Below, one piece after another: positions 9,711 through 18,819 of a stretch of 52,659 nucleotides of DNA. The DNA lies in the NCBI GenBank assembly GCA_902573115.1, contig CACGIM010000004.1, positions 1 through 52,659 on the forward strand, written 5' to 3'. The position numbers were made by a program, and so were the translations under genes. Positions within the stretch are counted from its first letter, which is position 1, and every line of letters begins with the position of its first letter. The notes under the pieces were generated by a model. That model was given only the letters and a program-made list of their open reading frames with translations. It ran no database searches and was not told the DNA's origin. Source of the stretch: an uncultured Candidatus Poseidoniales archaeon (GTDB lineage: Archaea > Thermoplasmatota > Poseidoniia > Poseidoniales > Thalassarchaeaceae).

Positions 9711-11417
9711 ATGTCTCGGGAATACGTTCCGGATGATTTGGATGCTACCAGTTGGGAAAGTCTTGAGCCGTTAGTGATTGAGCTACAAGATAGGAAGCTG
9801 AGTTGTTCGGGGTGCTTGGAAAATCTAATAGGAGACTCTTCTGAACTAGCTGAGCACATTTCAGAAACAGGAGCGCTTCTGTATATTGCAATGACTTGTG
9901 ACACTGAGAGCGAAGAGAAAAAAGACGCATTCATGGACTTCGTTAGCAATATCAGGCCAAAGTTATCAGAGTTTTCTGATGCACTTAACAGGAGAATAGT
10001 GGAGCATCCATCAGTTGATGATCTGCCTGAAAGATACAATTTGATGCTAAAAGGTATGAGAACGGACGTTGAGATCTTCCGAAAGGAGAATATCCCGCTA
10101 GGAGTGAGACAGACTGAGCTTGTCACCGAGGCTCAAGGAATCACCGGTGGGATGACTGTTGAGTTTGATGGAGAGGAAAGAACGTTTCCTCAGATGAGCA
10201 GCTACCTTGAGTCGAATAACAGGTCCAAGAGGGAAGCTGCATGGTCTGCAATGTCAGAAAGGAGGATGCAGGACAACGAAAGAATGTCCGAAATATTTGA
10301 CGAGCTGGTCATGATTAGACACAAGATCGCACAGAACGCTGGTTTTGAGACCTACACCCACTACATGTTCAAGGCAATGCATCGATTCGATTACACAATT
10401 GAAGATTGTTTAGAGTTTCATAATTCTGTTGAATCAGTATGCATGCCAATACTTAGAGAAATAAACCGTACTAGAAGTGAATCTCTAGGTTTGGGGGAGC
10501 TGAGGCCTTGGGATGTGAACGAAAAGACCGGTTCTGGACCTGATATTCACGGAAGAAGCCCACTAAGGCCCTTTGAAACGGTTAAAGAAATGGTTGACAA
10601 GCTCTCTGAAATGTTTCATAAAATATCGGCAGACTTGGGAGAGAAGTTCGATAAGCTGGTTGAAATGGATACTCTAGATCTTGACACAAGGAAGGGTAAG
10701 GCACCAGGAGGATATCAGTACTATCTCGAAAAAAGCAAAGTCCCATTCATATTCATGAATGCGGCCGGTCTTCAGGGAGACCTAGAGACAATGATTCATG
10801 AAGCAGGGCATGCATTCCACTCATTATACTGTGCCCATCTAGAACTTATAGACGAGAGGGATTACCCAATCGAGTTCGCCGAGGTTGCTTCGATGTCTAT
10901 GGAGCTCCTGACTCAGCCATGGTGGGATGATTTCTACGACAAGGAGGAGGCGGACAGAGCTAGAAGGTCTCACTTAGAAGGAGTCGTTTTCTTATTACCT
11001 TGGATTGCTACGATTGATTCCTTCCAGCATTGGATATATGAAAATCCTGGGCATTCTAGAGAAGAAAGAGCGGAGGTATGGCTTTCCATAAGAGATAGGT
11101 TTGGATCTGAGATGAACTGGTCAGGGCATTCTGACTTCAAAGAAGTCTCCTGGCAACAACAAGGTCACCTGTACGGAGTTCCATTCTACTACATTGAGTA
11201 TGGAATTGCCCAACTCGGTTCATTACAACTCTGGGATACCCAGCTTAGGGACCCACAAAAGGCCCTTGACGACTATGCTAAAGCGATGAGGCTTGGTGGT
11301 ACCAAACCCTTGCCAGAACTATTCTCAGCTGCAAATCTAAAGTTTGGTTTCGATGAAGGTCACTTTCTTTCCCTCCTTGCCAACGTAGAGACTGCTCTTT
11401 CCGAGCTTCCAGCCTAG
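9711..11417 (+). CDS. pepF: Oligoendopeptidase F, M3 family
   Basis: HEAGHAFH zinc motif, RKGKAPGGY, EFAEVASMSMEL, PFYYIEYGIAQ. Confidence 0.92.
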   Translation: MSREYVPDDLDATSWESLEPLVIELQDRKLSCSGCLENLIGDSSELAEHISETGALLYIAMTCDTESEEKKDAFMDFVSNIRPKLSEFSDALNRRIVEHPSVDDLPERYNLMLKGMRTDVEIFRKENIPLGVRQTELVTEAQGITGGMTVEFDGEERTFPQMSSYLESNNRSKREAAWSAMSERRMQDNERMSEIFDELVMIRHKIAQNAGFETYTHYMFKAMHRFDYTIEDCLEFHNSVESVCMPILREINRTRSESLGLGELRPWDVNEKTGSGPDIHGRSPLRPFETVKEMVDKLSEMFHKISADLGEKFDKLVEMDTLDLDTRKGKAPGGYQYYLEKSKVPFIFMNAAGLQGDLETMIHEAGHAFHSLYCAHLELIDERDYPIEFAEVASMSMELLTQPWWDDFYDKEEADRARRSHLEGVVFLLPWIATIDSFQHWIYENPGHSREERAEVWLSIRDRFGSEMNWSGHSDFKEVSWQQQGHLYGVPFYYIEYGIAQLGSLQLWDTQLRDPQKALDDYAKAMRLGGTKPLPELFSAANLKFGFDEGHFLSLLANVETALSELPA

Positions 11418-11439
11418 CCTTCGGACTCCGGGGACTGCA

Positions 11440-12441
11440 TTAGTCTCGCAGTCCCTCGGAAGTCACGGTAAAGACTGCCTCTCCCTCCGGTAGGTTTGGG
11501 CTGTCAATTAGGCGGGCTATTCTCCGGCCCCCCTTAGACTTCCTGAGGTAAAGGCGGAATGTACTTGCATGGCCAACTATGTGGCCACCTACTGCTCTTG
11601 TTGGGTCACCCCACATCGCATCTGGCTTGGACTGTACTTGGTTAGTTACCAGTACAATGGCATTTTGAACATCTGCTACCTGTTTAAGTTCCTTCATATG
11701 CCGGTTAAGTTTCTGCTGCCTTGTAGCCAGCATTCCTCTACCGATGTATTCTGCTCTGAAGTGACTCGTCAGGGAATCCACAATGATCAGCTTTACTTCA
11801 ATGCTCTTTGACATTCTTTTGATTTCGTCCACAAGCAACATCTGATGTGCAGAATTGTATGCCCTGGCAACATGTATCCTATCTAGGGCATCGCTTGGAT
11901 CTATGCCAACGGCCTCTGCCATTTGGCCAATTCTCTCAGGCCTGAAAGTGTCCTCAGTATCTATGTATACGACTTCACCATCAAGACCCCCCGCTTCTAG
12001 CTTCAGGATTGTGTTGACTGCCAATTGGTGTCCAATCTGTGTCTTACCGCTACCAAACTCACCAAAAACTTCGACTATTGCTTGTGTCTCAAATCCTCCA
12101 CCAAGCAGCTCATCCAGTGATGAGGCTCCTGAAGTAAGCTTCTGAACCCTCTTTCTTCTATCTAAAAGTGCAGCACCACTAACGAAGCCTCCAATGTTAG
12201 CTAGCTTTTTAGCACCAGCAATTATCTTAGAAGATACAGCTTCTCCAAGTTCAGCTTGCTCGGACAATTCTGGAGGGCTCATCACGGCGATTGCCAATAG
12301 ATCTTCAAAACCTGCTTCTCTCAGTTTTTCGGCAGTTGCTGGACCTACTCCTGGTAAGTCCTCAATGGTTGGTTCTGGGTCATCAATATCAATCACTATC
12401 TCTTCTTCTTCCATCTTCTCGCTTGCAGTTTCTTCTGTCAT
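11440..12441 (-). CDS. radA: DNA repair and recombination protein RadA
   Basis: N-terminal HhH ([12 protein letters not shown]), Walker [32 protein letters not shown] and [20 protein letters not shown]-like motif precedes ATG 12441; an alternative start is 12462. Confidence 0.97.
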   Translation of the reverse strand: MTEETASEKMEEEEIVIDIDDPEPTIEDLPGVGPATAEKLREAGFEDLLAIAVMSPPELSEQAELGEAVSSKIIAGAKKLANIGGFVSGAALLDRRKRVQKLTSGASSLDELLGGGFETQAIVEVFGEFGSGKTQIGHQLAVNTILKLEAGGLDGEVVYIDTEDTFRPERIGQMAEAVGIDPSDALDRIHVARAYNSAHQMLLVDEIKRMSKSIEVKLIIVDSLTSHFRAEYIGRGMLATRQQKLNRHMKELKQVADVQNAIVLVTNQVQSKPDAMWGDPTRAVGGHIVGHASTFRLYLRKSKGGRRIARLIDSPNLPEGEAVFTVTSEGLRD

Positions 12442-12470
12442 CCTATCACCAATATGCCCCAATCCAATAA

Positions 12471-12524
12471 TTGAAAGTATATGAACAAACGAAGGACCCG
12501 TTTAGTAGGTTTGAAAGTATTAAA
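12471..12524 (-). promoter_or_regulatory. Candidate radA promoter region with a duplicated ATACTTTCAA element and TATA-like TTTAATA
   Basis: TTGAAAGTAT occurs on the + strand at 12471-12480 and 12511-12520. Confidence 0.4.
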
Positions 12525-12573
12525 TTTGACTTATGCCCTTCAGTCATTCGTTTTTTCACTTTCACTTTTTTTA

Positions 12574-12651
12574 TGGTAGCGAGTGGTGGATTTGAACCAC
12601 CGGTCTCCGGGTTATGAGCCCGACGAGATAACCTGACTACTCCAACTCGCT
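12574..12651 (-). tRNA. tRNA-Met(CAT), initiator type, CCA encoded
   Basis: Reverse complement AGCGAGTTGGAGTAGTCAGGTTATCTCGTCGGGCTCATAACCCGGAGACCGGTGGTTCAAATCCACCACTCGCTACCA has an A1-U72 pair, a GGG/CCC anticodon stem and a TTCAAAT T-loop. Confidence 0.95.
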
Positions 12652-12759
12652 ATCTCACCGCTGAGGCCCCGGATATTTGAAGCGCGCGGGAGAAAATAAT
12701 TTCCATTTAGATGGTAACAGTATTGGGATGCCAGCATTTCGAGTTGGTTTGAAAGCCCC

Positions 12760-14115
12760 ATGAATGGTCATTTACTCGTTCAAAATGCCTCTTTGGTTTT
12801 AGCCAGACAAATAGTAGAGGGCGACTTGCGTGTAGCCAATGGAATTATCGATACTATCGCCGAAGGAGGCGGTTTAGAACCTAAAAATGAGGAAAAAGTA
12901 ATTGACGGAACCGGTTTACACCTACTTCCTGGAGCGATTGACCCCCATGTTCATTTTAGAGAACCTGGTGATTTGAAAAATGAGGATCTAGAAAGCGGTA
13001 GCCGAGCAGCTGCAGCAGGGGGTGTCACATCATTTCTGGATATGCCCAATAATACACCCAACGCTACGAATAAGTCTATACTCGAAGAAAAAATATCACT
13101 AGCATCAAAAAAGTCAGTCACACATCATGGTTTCTTTATTGGAGCCACTAAAGACAATCTTAGAGATTTGCAAAGTATAGAAGGAATGGATGGAGTATGT
13201 GGGATCAAGATCTTCATGGGCAGTAGCACAGGCGATCTGCTTGTTCATGAACAGAGTCATCTCGAGAATATCTTCGCGAACACAGGAGGAATAATTGCTA
13301 CCCATGCGGAAGATGAAGAACGGCTCAGATCAAGAATTTCCGAATTTGGTCATAGCTTAGATATCTCGTCTCATGCCAAATGCAGAGATGTTCAATGTGC
13401 TTTCCTAGCCACAAAGAGAGCAGCGGCACTCGCCCGGGACCACAATCATCGACTTCACATTGTGCATCTTACCAGTGGCAAAGAAGCAGATTGGATGGTT
13501 CAAAACAAAGGTGATCTAATCACAACAGAGGTTTGCACTCAGCACCTAACTTTCGATCAGGATGACGTAGAACGACTAGGGGAGAGGGTATTGATGAATC
13601 CCCCAATTAGATATTCTGAGGACAAGGAAACCCTTTGGAAGAGGCTTAGGGATGGCACGATAGATTGCGTTGTGACAGACCATGCCCCTCACACTCTAGA
13701 AGCTAAGTCGGTAGGATTCCCCAATTCTCCCGCAGGCATGCCAGGCGTGGAGACCTCGCTACCACTAATGCTTACCCACGCTATAAATGGAAAATGCAGT
13801 GTTACTGATGTTGCGAGATGGATGTGTGCTGGTCCAGCTAAGGTGTATGGCATTCAGAACAAGGGGTCTTTAATTGAGGGATATGATGGTGACTTGACTC
13901 TGGTAGATTTGGAAACCAGGAGGGTAATCACAGATTCGGACACTTGGACAAAGGTCGGCTGGACCCCATACGATGGAATGGAACTGACAGGATGGCCGAT
14001 GTATACCATAGTTGATGGAAGGGTTGTACATAAGAGGCAACCTGGAGGCTCTCTAAGAGGGGATTCTCTATCTCCGGCTGGATCTTCCGGCAGGGTTTTG
14101 AAGTTTGATAACTGA
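12760..14115 (+). CDS. pyrC: Dihydroorotase (amidohydrolase superfamily)
   Basis: Motifs LPGAIDPHVHFREPG, DMPNNTP, HAED, NPPIR and TDHAPH; pyrBI lies nearby. Confidence 0.85.
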   Translation: MNGHLLVQNASLVLARQIVEGDLRVANGIIDTIAEGGGLEPKNEEKVIDGTGLHLLPGAIDPHVHFREPGDLKNEDLESGSRAAAAGGVTSFLDMPNNTPNATNKSILEEKISLASKKSVTHHGFFIGATKDNLRDLQSIEGMDGVCGIKIFMGSSTGDLLVHEQSHLENIFANTGGIIATHAEDEERLRSRISEFGHSLDISSHAKCRDVQCAFLATKRAAALARDHNHRLHIVHLTSGKEADWMVQNKGDLITTEVCTQHLTFDQDDVERLGERVLMNPPIRYSEDKETLWKRLRDGTIDCVVTDHAPHTLEAKSVGFPNSPAGMPGVETSLPLMLTHAINGKCSVTDVARWMCAGPAKVYGIQNKGSLIEGYDGDLTLVDLETRRVITDSDTWTKVGWTPYDGMELTGWPMYTIVDGRVVHKRQPGGSLRGDSLSPAGSSGRVLKFDN

Positions 14116-14127
14116 TGCAGCTACTGA

Positions 14128-16602
14128 CTAGCCTTCACAGCCACTGCCATCTGATTCGCTACAAGCATTGGCCCCTCCCCCATCATCGTTTACTTCATCA
14201 CCTGAGGATTCTGTCGTTCCATTCTTCTCGGGCTCTGATGGATCATCTACCATAGAATAGTACTCATAAGGTTCGTTTCCAGGAAGATCTAACTCTACCA
14301 TCAAATTAAGATCTGCAGTTCTGTGTACTGTGGCCCCCCCCGAAGAAAACGAGTAAATGAAGTCCCCCATAAAGACAGATCTTCTGATGCTGGTTGTGCC
14401 CGACCACCAGCTAGACAAGCCCTCTTGGTTGTAGAAACCAGAATGCTCAACCTCGCCATGGCTGCTTAGAGTACCATTAACAGTGTCAACATCTATCATC
14501 TTCAGCATAGAAACATACTGATAACCGGAATAGGAGTATACTCTACCGTCAATTTCAACCTGGTCGTAGACATACCTGTGGGTGGAAAGAGGAACTGCAA
14601 GCAAGGATGCCGGAGCCCAATAGGTGAATGCCTTATGCTCGTAGGTAGCTTCGGAATATGACCAAGACCACCCACAGGTCATGATATCCAAACATTGGTC
14701 ATCTGTGTATCCAGGTGTTAGTGGAATCGTATCTGCCAAAGAAGGACTACTGGTGTTGCTAACATCGAAAAGTGAAACTTGAGTGGTGGACCAGTCGAGG
14801 CCAAGACCGTCCTCTCCGCCTGCTATTCCGATTGTCAGTAAGTTATTTTCATCGATTGGATGGATGTAAGTAGAAACACCCGGGACGTGCAATTCACCAA
14901 GAATCACTGGATCGTATGGATCAGAGAGGTCCAAAACCCAAAGCGGGTCAATATTCATGAAAGTCACGAGATATCCTCTGTCACCAACAAATCTTGCGCT
15001 CCAAATTGTCTCTCCATCCGCAATTCCACCAATGAATCCCGTATGGATAAGTTGCCCCTCTCCATTATTCATTAGAATAGTGACTTGGTTCGAAGGGCCA
15101 GCCCATACAGAATCTCCGTTCTCATCCGTCTCGTCTATTCTCCACCACATACCCCAGTTATCGATTGTAGAAGCAACTCTTATCGCACCCTGGTGCTCAC
15201 TGATTGAGAACTGATTATTGACGGTCCCTTCAACCCTTCCTGAAGCAGAGTAGGTTGTACGATTTGCATCACTAATGTCGAATGAGTGAATATTGGTGGC
15301 ATCCTCCCAGTCTGAATTTCTCCAGAACCACCACCAGTCGTTCGCTGGCTCAGCCAAAACTAGAGTATCCTTGGAAGAGTAGACATGGGCCCAGGAAGAT
15401 GTGATGTGATCTACTTCAAGAGTAATTTCCTCCGATAGCATCTGAATAGTCATAATGGTGGTAAATCCCCTTCCTGCGCTATCTAAGCTTGCCATGAACT
15501 CAGTACAGTTTTCGTATGTTAATGAGTGCTGATATATGCCATCCTCGGTCATCTCATAGATATGGGGCACGAAGTCTTTCAGAGACAATTTGGAGATTAC
15601 GTTCTCATTTTCTAGAATCGTTTGGTTCATTGATTCGTTCCAGATGTCCATTCTTTCATCCATGTCCTCTTCGGCCCAATATTCACTAGGAAGATCTACC
15701 CAAGTCTTGATTCCATCAAAGTGAGTCCACAAATGCGTCACTGACCTAACTGTTCCATCGACGAGTCTGGCGGTATGATAATTCCCCTCAATATAGAGTT
15801 CCTTCTCAACTGAAGGGGAGGAACGATCGGATATATCCACAACTGTGTACTTGACGAGGTTTTGGACCCTTGTGTATGTGTAGGTGTGATGCCCATCAAT
15901 TTCATTTTCGTAGCTTACAGTGACTTCCTCTGACATCAGATCTCTTAGTTCGCTCTCCTGAGGCAGAGACCAATAGTAAATAGATGAGGCAATCACGAGC
16001 CTATCCTCGTCAATCATCATCTGGGTTGGGCTGCCCTCGATAGTAAGATTAGACTCTAGAGTGAGATTACCAAACTCTGGAATCCCCATTATCAGAAGAA
16101 GTTGCCCGTTCAGCATGTATATGTGGTATCCGTCTGTCTTAAGGAAGTCAGCCTCATCTACTCCAGATTCCTGATTATTTGTTCCAGAAAATTCTCCTTC
16201 TCTTGAGTAGTCACTATTTCCTAGGTCAGTTGTTGTTCCTTCTGACACTCCTAAGTCTCCCGAATCTAGATTCACCGAAGCATCCTCCGCGAGCGCGAAA
16301 TCATCATACATCCTCATCCAAGGGTCAGAAATCCAGTGCCAGTAGCTCTGTTGGTCAAGGTTTACTACCATCTCGTCGTACACTGCCCTCTGGAGATCAT
16401 AGAGTAGAGATTCGCAAGCTTCGTAGCTCTGAAGTTCTGGTGAAGAACGAGTTCTTTCAGGAAGATCTAGTTGGGGATAATTTCCATCCAATACATCAAT
16501 CGTGTTGTCTATTGCGTCGGTGATGTCGTCGATAGCACCAACACACCCCGATCCCAAGAACAGGAACATAATTAGAAACGCACTGGGCTTTCCTTTTTCC
16601 AT
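14128..16602 (-). CDS. Secreted/lipoprotein beta-propeller domain protein (Beta_propel family)
   Basis: Signal peptide ending LGSGC; motifs TNNQESGVDEADFLKTDG, NQFSISEH, SARFVGDRGYLVTF..DPL, GELHVPGVSTYIHP and HKAF. Confidence 0.85.
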   Translation of the reverse strand: MEKGKPSAFLIMFLFLGSGCVGAIDDITDAIDNTIDVLDGNYPQLDLPERTRSSPELQSYEACESLLYDLQRAVYDEMVVNLDQQSYWHWISDPWMRMYDDFALAEDASVNLDSGDLGVSEGTTTDLGNSDYSREGEFSGTNNQESGVDEADFLKTDGYHIYMLNGQLLLIMGIPEFGNLTLESNLTIEGSPTQMMIDEDRLVIASSIYYWSLPQESELRDLMSEEVTVSYENEIDGHHTYTYTRVQNLVKYTVVDISDRSSPSVEKELYIEGNYHTARLVDGTVRSVTHLWTHFDGIKTWVDLPSEYWAEEDMDERMDIWNESMNQTILENENVISKLSLKDFVPHIYEMTEDGIYQHSLTYENCTEFMASLDSAGRGFTTIMTIQMLSEEITLEVDHITSSWAHVYSSKDTLVLAEPANDWWWFWRNSDWEDATNIHSFDISDANRTTYSASGRVEGTVNNQFSISEHQGAIRVASTIDNWGMWWRIDETDENGDSVWAGPSNQVTILMNNGEGQLIHTGFIGGIADGETIWSARFVGDRGYLVTFMNIDPLWVLDLSDPYDPVILGELHVPGVSTYIHPIDENNLLTIGIAGGEDGLGLDWSTTQVSLFDVSNTSSPSLADTIPLTPGYTDDQCLDIMTCGWSWSYSEATYEHKAFTYWAPASLLAVPLSTHRYVYDQVEIDGRVYSYSGYQYVSMLKMIDVDTVNGTLSSHGEVEHSGFYNQEGLSSWWSGTTSIRRSVFMGDFIYSFSSGGATVHRTADLNLMVELDLPGNEPYEYYSMVDDPSEPEKNGTTESSGDEVNDDGGGANACSESDGSGCEG

Positions 16603-16658
16603 GTCATGTCACTTCAATTAGGTTTTTTCAATATTTCAGTTGGATAATTTAAATCGTG

Positions 16659-16847
16659 TCAGAAAATTGTATTGTTTGTATTGCTGAAAGGAAGGATTGG
16701 AGCTATATTGTGTGGTGCCGGTTCATCCGATTCCTCCTCTTCTTCCCTCGTCGTTTCAACGCCACCAGATTGATCACTGGTGACGAGGCATTTTGTTCCC
16801 GCCAAGAAAATCAAGGCGGCGACCTGCATGTCCAGTGTTTTGTCCAT
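16659..16847 (-). pseudogene. Possible truncated remnant of a lipoprotein/surface-protein gene, or a small protein
   Basis: 62-aa ORF with a signal-like ALIFLAGTKCL, an acidic linker EEEEESDEP and NIAP, then an early stop; it lies just 3' of tRNA-Gly. Confidence 0.3.
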
Positions 16848-16915
16848 AAAATATCTACATCATCATCAGTGATTTAAAGAAATTGGCTGCATGCTTCCAC
16901 ATGAATCATAGGAAA

Positions 16916-16990
16916 TGGTGCGAACACCGGGAGTTGAACCCGGGTTAGCAGGTTGGGAACCTGCTGTCATAACCACTAGACCATGTCCGC
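16916..16990 (-). tRNA. tRNA-Gly(CCC), CCA encoded
   Basis: Reverse complement GCGGACATGGTCTAGTGGTTATGACAGCAGGTTCCCAACCTGCTAACCCGGGTTCAACTCCCGGTGTTCGCACCA; anticodon arm GCAGG-TTCCCAA-CCTGC. Confidence 0.95.
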
Positions 16991-17049
16991 AGAGATTATG
17001 GGAATAGGTGCCGGTAATTTAGAGGCTCGGTAAGCTATTTTGAGGTTTT

Positions 17050-18765
17050 CTAGATTAGTCGCCTGAGCGACTCCATCGCAGAGTCAGCAACTCCAATCGA
17101 CTCCAAGCAATCTTCAATTCTTCCATCGGACAAGGAACCCTCTGCTAATGAGAGTGCTTTCTCAGTATTCGACCTATCGGAATTATCTGGGCCTATTCCT
17201 GATGATTCTAGTCTATTTCTGAGCTTAATCCAATCTTGGCTGATGAAGTCCAGCATCTCTCTAGCCTCTGATATTCGACTACCTAGTGAATCAAGATCTA
17301 AGGTTAGGGAATTCAGAGACTCAGATGCTTTCATCCATGAGCCAGAGTCTGCAAGTGATTCTATCTCACCTATTTTCTCCAACCATTGTGTGGCAAAATC
17401 TCCTGATGGGATTCTATCTATGATGCTCTGCTTCTGTCTCAAAGCTCTCTGTACAGTCAATTGGGCCTCGCTTTCTCTTCTCAGAGACCTTGTGATTCCT
17501 TCGGCAAGGCCGATGGCCAGTGAGGCGTTGCCAGATTTGATGGCCTCCTTAGCCTCCATTAGTCTGTCATTTGCATCATTGATGGTATCTGGCCCTGATA
17601 AGGAAATTGCATTCTCTGCATCTCCTATCGCCCCAATAGCTCTTGACAGCAGCTCCTTCACTTGACCCATCTGATGTGGAACTTCTGAAACTATTGATAA
17701 CGCGTATTTAGGGTCCTCATTCTCCATAGCATTCCTAGCTGCCGCGATAGTAGTTCTAATCGCTTGGATTAGATGGCCTTCTTCTGATCCCACCGCATCC
17801 TCAGCTTGAGAAATAGCTAAACTAGCATTCTCCCAGTGAGTTATAATCGTCGTCGCCTTGTCTTTGGCTGACTTGAAACTGCTCTCTGCCGCCCTTAGCG
17901 ATCCACTTTCCATTTCACCTATGCCGATTTCTAGGATCCTTCTAGCCTCTCCCTCGTGACCTGTTATTTGTTCGGATTGGGCCAAAACTGCCTCAGACTG
18001 TTCTCGCATTTCTGCAAGGTCTTCCAAGAATGCAAGTATCCTTGATGCTTCATCCTCCGCTTCTCTAACCAATTGTAGACCTATTTCGGGATTCTTTCTC
18101 CCTTCCTCTCGAGCCGTCTTTAGCAAGGAATTTGACTGCTGCAGAACACTATTCCCTGTTTGTATGTCCAAAATTCGTTTTTCAGCCCTCCTCAGCTTCT
18201 CATAGAAATCGGACCTTGCCACTTCTGAACCATCTTTAGAAATCAGTAATGGGATAGTAGTTAACAGGCCGGTAATGGAAATTATGGCCCATGACTCAAG
18301 ATTAGAATTAATTGCCACGATTGGTATGGCAATGCCAAATCCTGCGCCGGTGCTCAGGCCTCTCAATCTCAATGAGTTCACCTCAGTATGAAGAATCAAA
18401 GCAGAGAAATAGAAAAGTAGGAATGAAGCTGAAATTAGTACAAGAACGGGGCCTATACTGCCACCATCATGTCTATTCATTTCAGCGAAGGCAAGAAGAG
18501 GAGGCCACAAGAAGCAGCATGCAGTAGATACTCTGGTCCTCTCGTTGGGTCCAAAGTCTACAAGATCAGGAATTATAAGAGCTGATGAGAATAAAATGGT
18601 GACTGGTCCCAACCTGAATAGCAGGCTAGAGTCACTTCCTAGAGACAGAAATAGCCACCATGCTCCAGCTGCTACCAATGACATCTGCAGAATGAGAGAG
18701 GCCCTCTCCAACCTTGCTCTCTGCTCCGCGATACCTCTATCTGGGTAGTCGGGAAGCGTTATCAT
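17050..18765 (-). CDS. Hypothetical protein: N-terminal multi-pass membrane domain plus a long Ala/Glu-rich helical or coiled-coil region
   Basis: 571-aa ORF with about 6 hydrophobic segments in the first ~175 aa, followed by repeated amphipathic helices. Confidence 0.8.
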   Translation of the reverse strand: MITLPDYPDRGIAEQRARLERASLILQMSLVAAGAWWLFLSLGSDSSLLFRLGPVTILFSSALIIPDLVDFGPNERTRVSTACCFLWPPLLAFAEMNRHDGGSIGPVLVLISASFLLFYFSALILHTEVNSLRLRGLSTGAGFGIAIPIVAINSNLESWAIISITGLLTTIPLLISKDGSEVARSDFYEKLRRAEKRILDIQTGNSVLQQSNSLLKTAREEGRKNPEIGLQLVREAEDEASRILAFLEDLAEMREQSEAVLAQSEQITGHEGEARRILEIGIGEMESGSLRAAESSFKSAKDKATTIITHWENASLAISQAEDAVGSEEGHLIQAIRTTIAAARNAMENEDPKYALSIVSEVPHQMGQVKELLSRAIGAIGDAENAISLSGPDTINDANDRLMEAKEAIKSGNASLAIGLAEGITRSLRRESEAQLTVQRALRQKQSIIDRIPSGDFATQWLEKIGEIESLADSGSWMKASESLNSLTLDLDSLGSRISEAREMLDFISQDWIKLRNRLESSGIGPDNSDRSNTEKALSLAEGSLSDGRIEDCLESIGVADSAMESLRRLI

Positions 18766-18819
18766 ACTTCCAAGGAGGGGTTGAAGGTCAATATCTATGC
18801 GGTTTTTTGATACAAGTAT

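Noticed and set aside
12551-12572. T-rich tract as the tRNA-Met terminator
   Set aside because: The T-run is on the + strand while the tRNA is on the - strand, so its transcript would be A-rich there.
12574-16990. pyrC and the beta-propeller gene as an integrated element between two tRNAs
   Set aside because: No integrase, no duplicated att sequence seen, and pyrC is a housekeeping gene.
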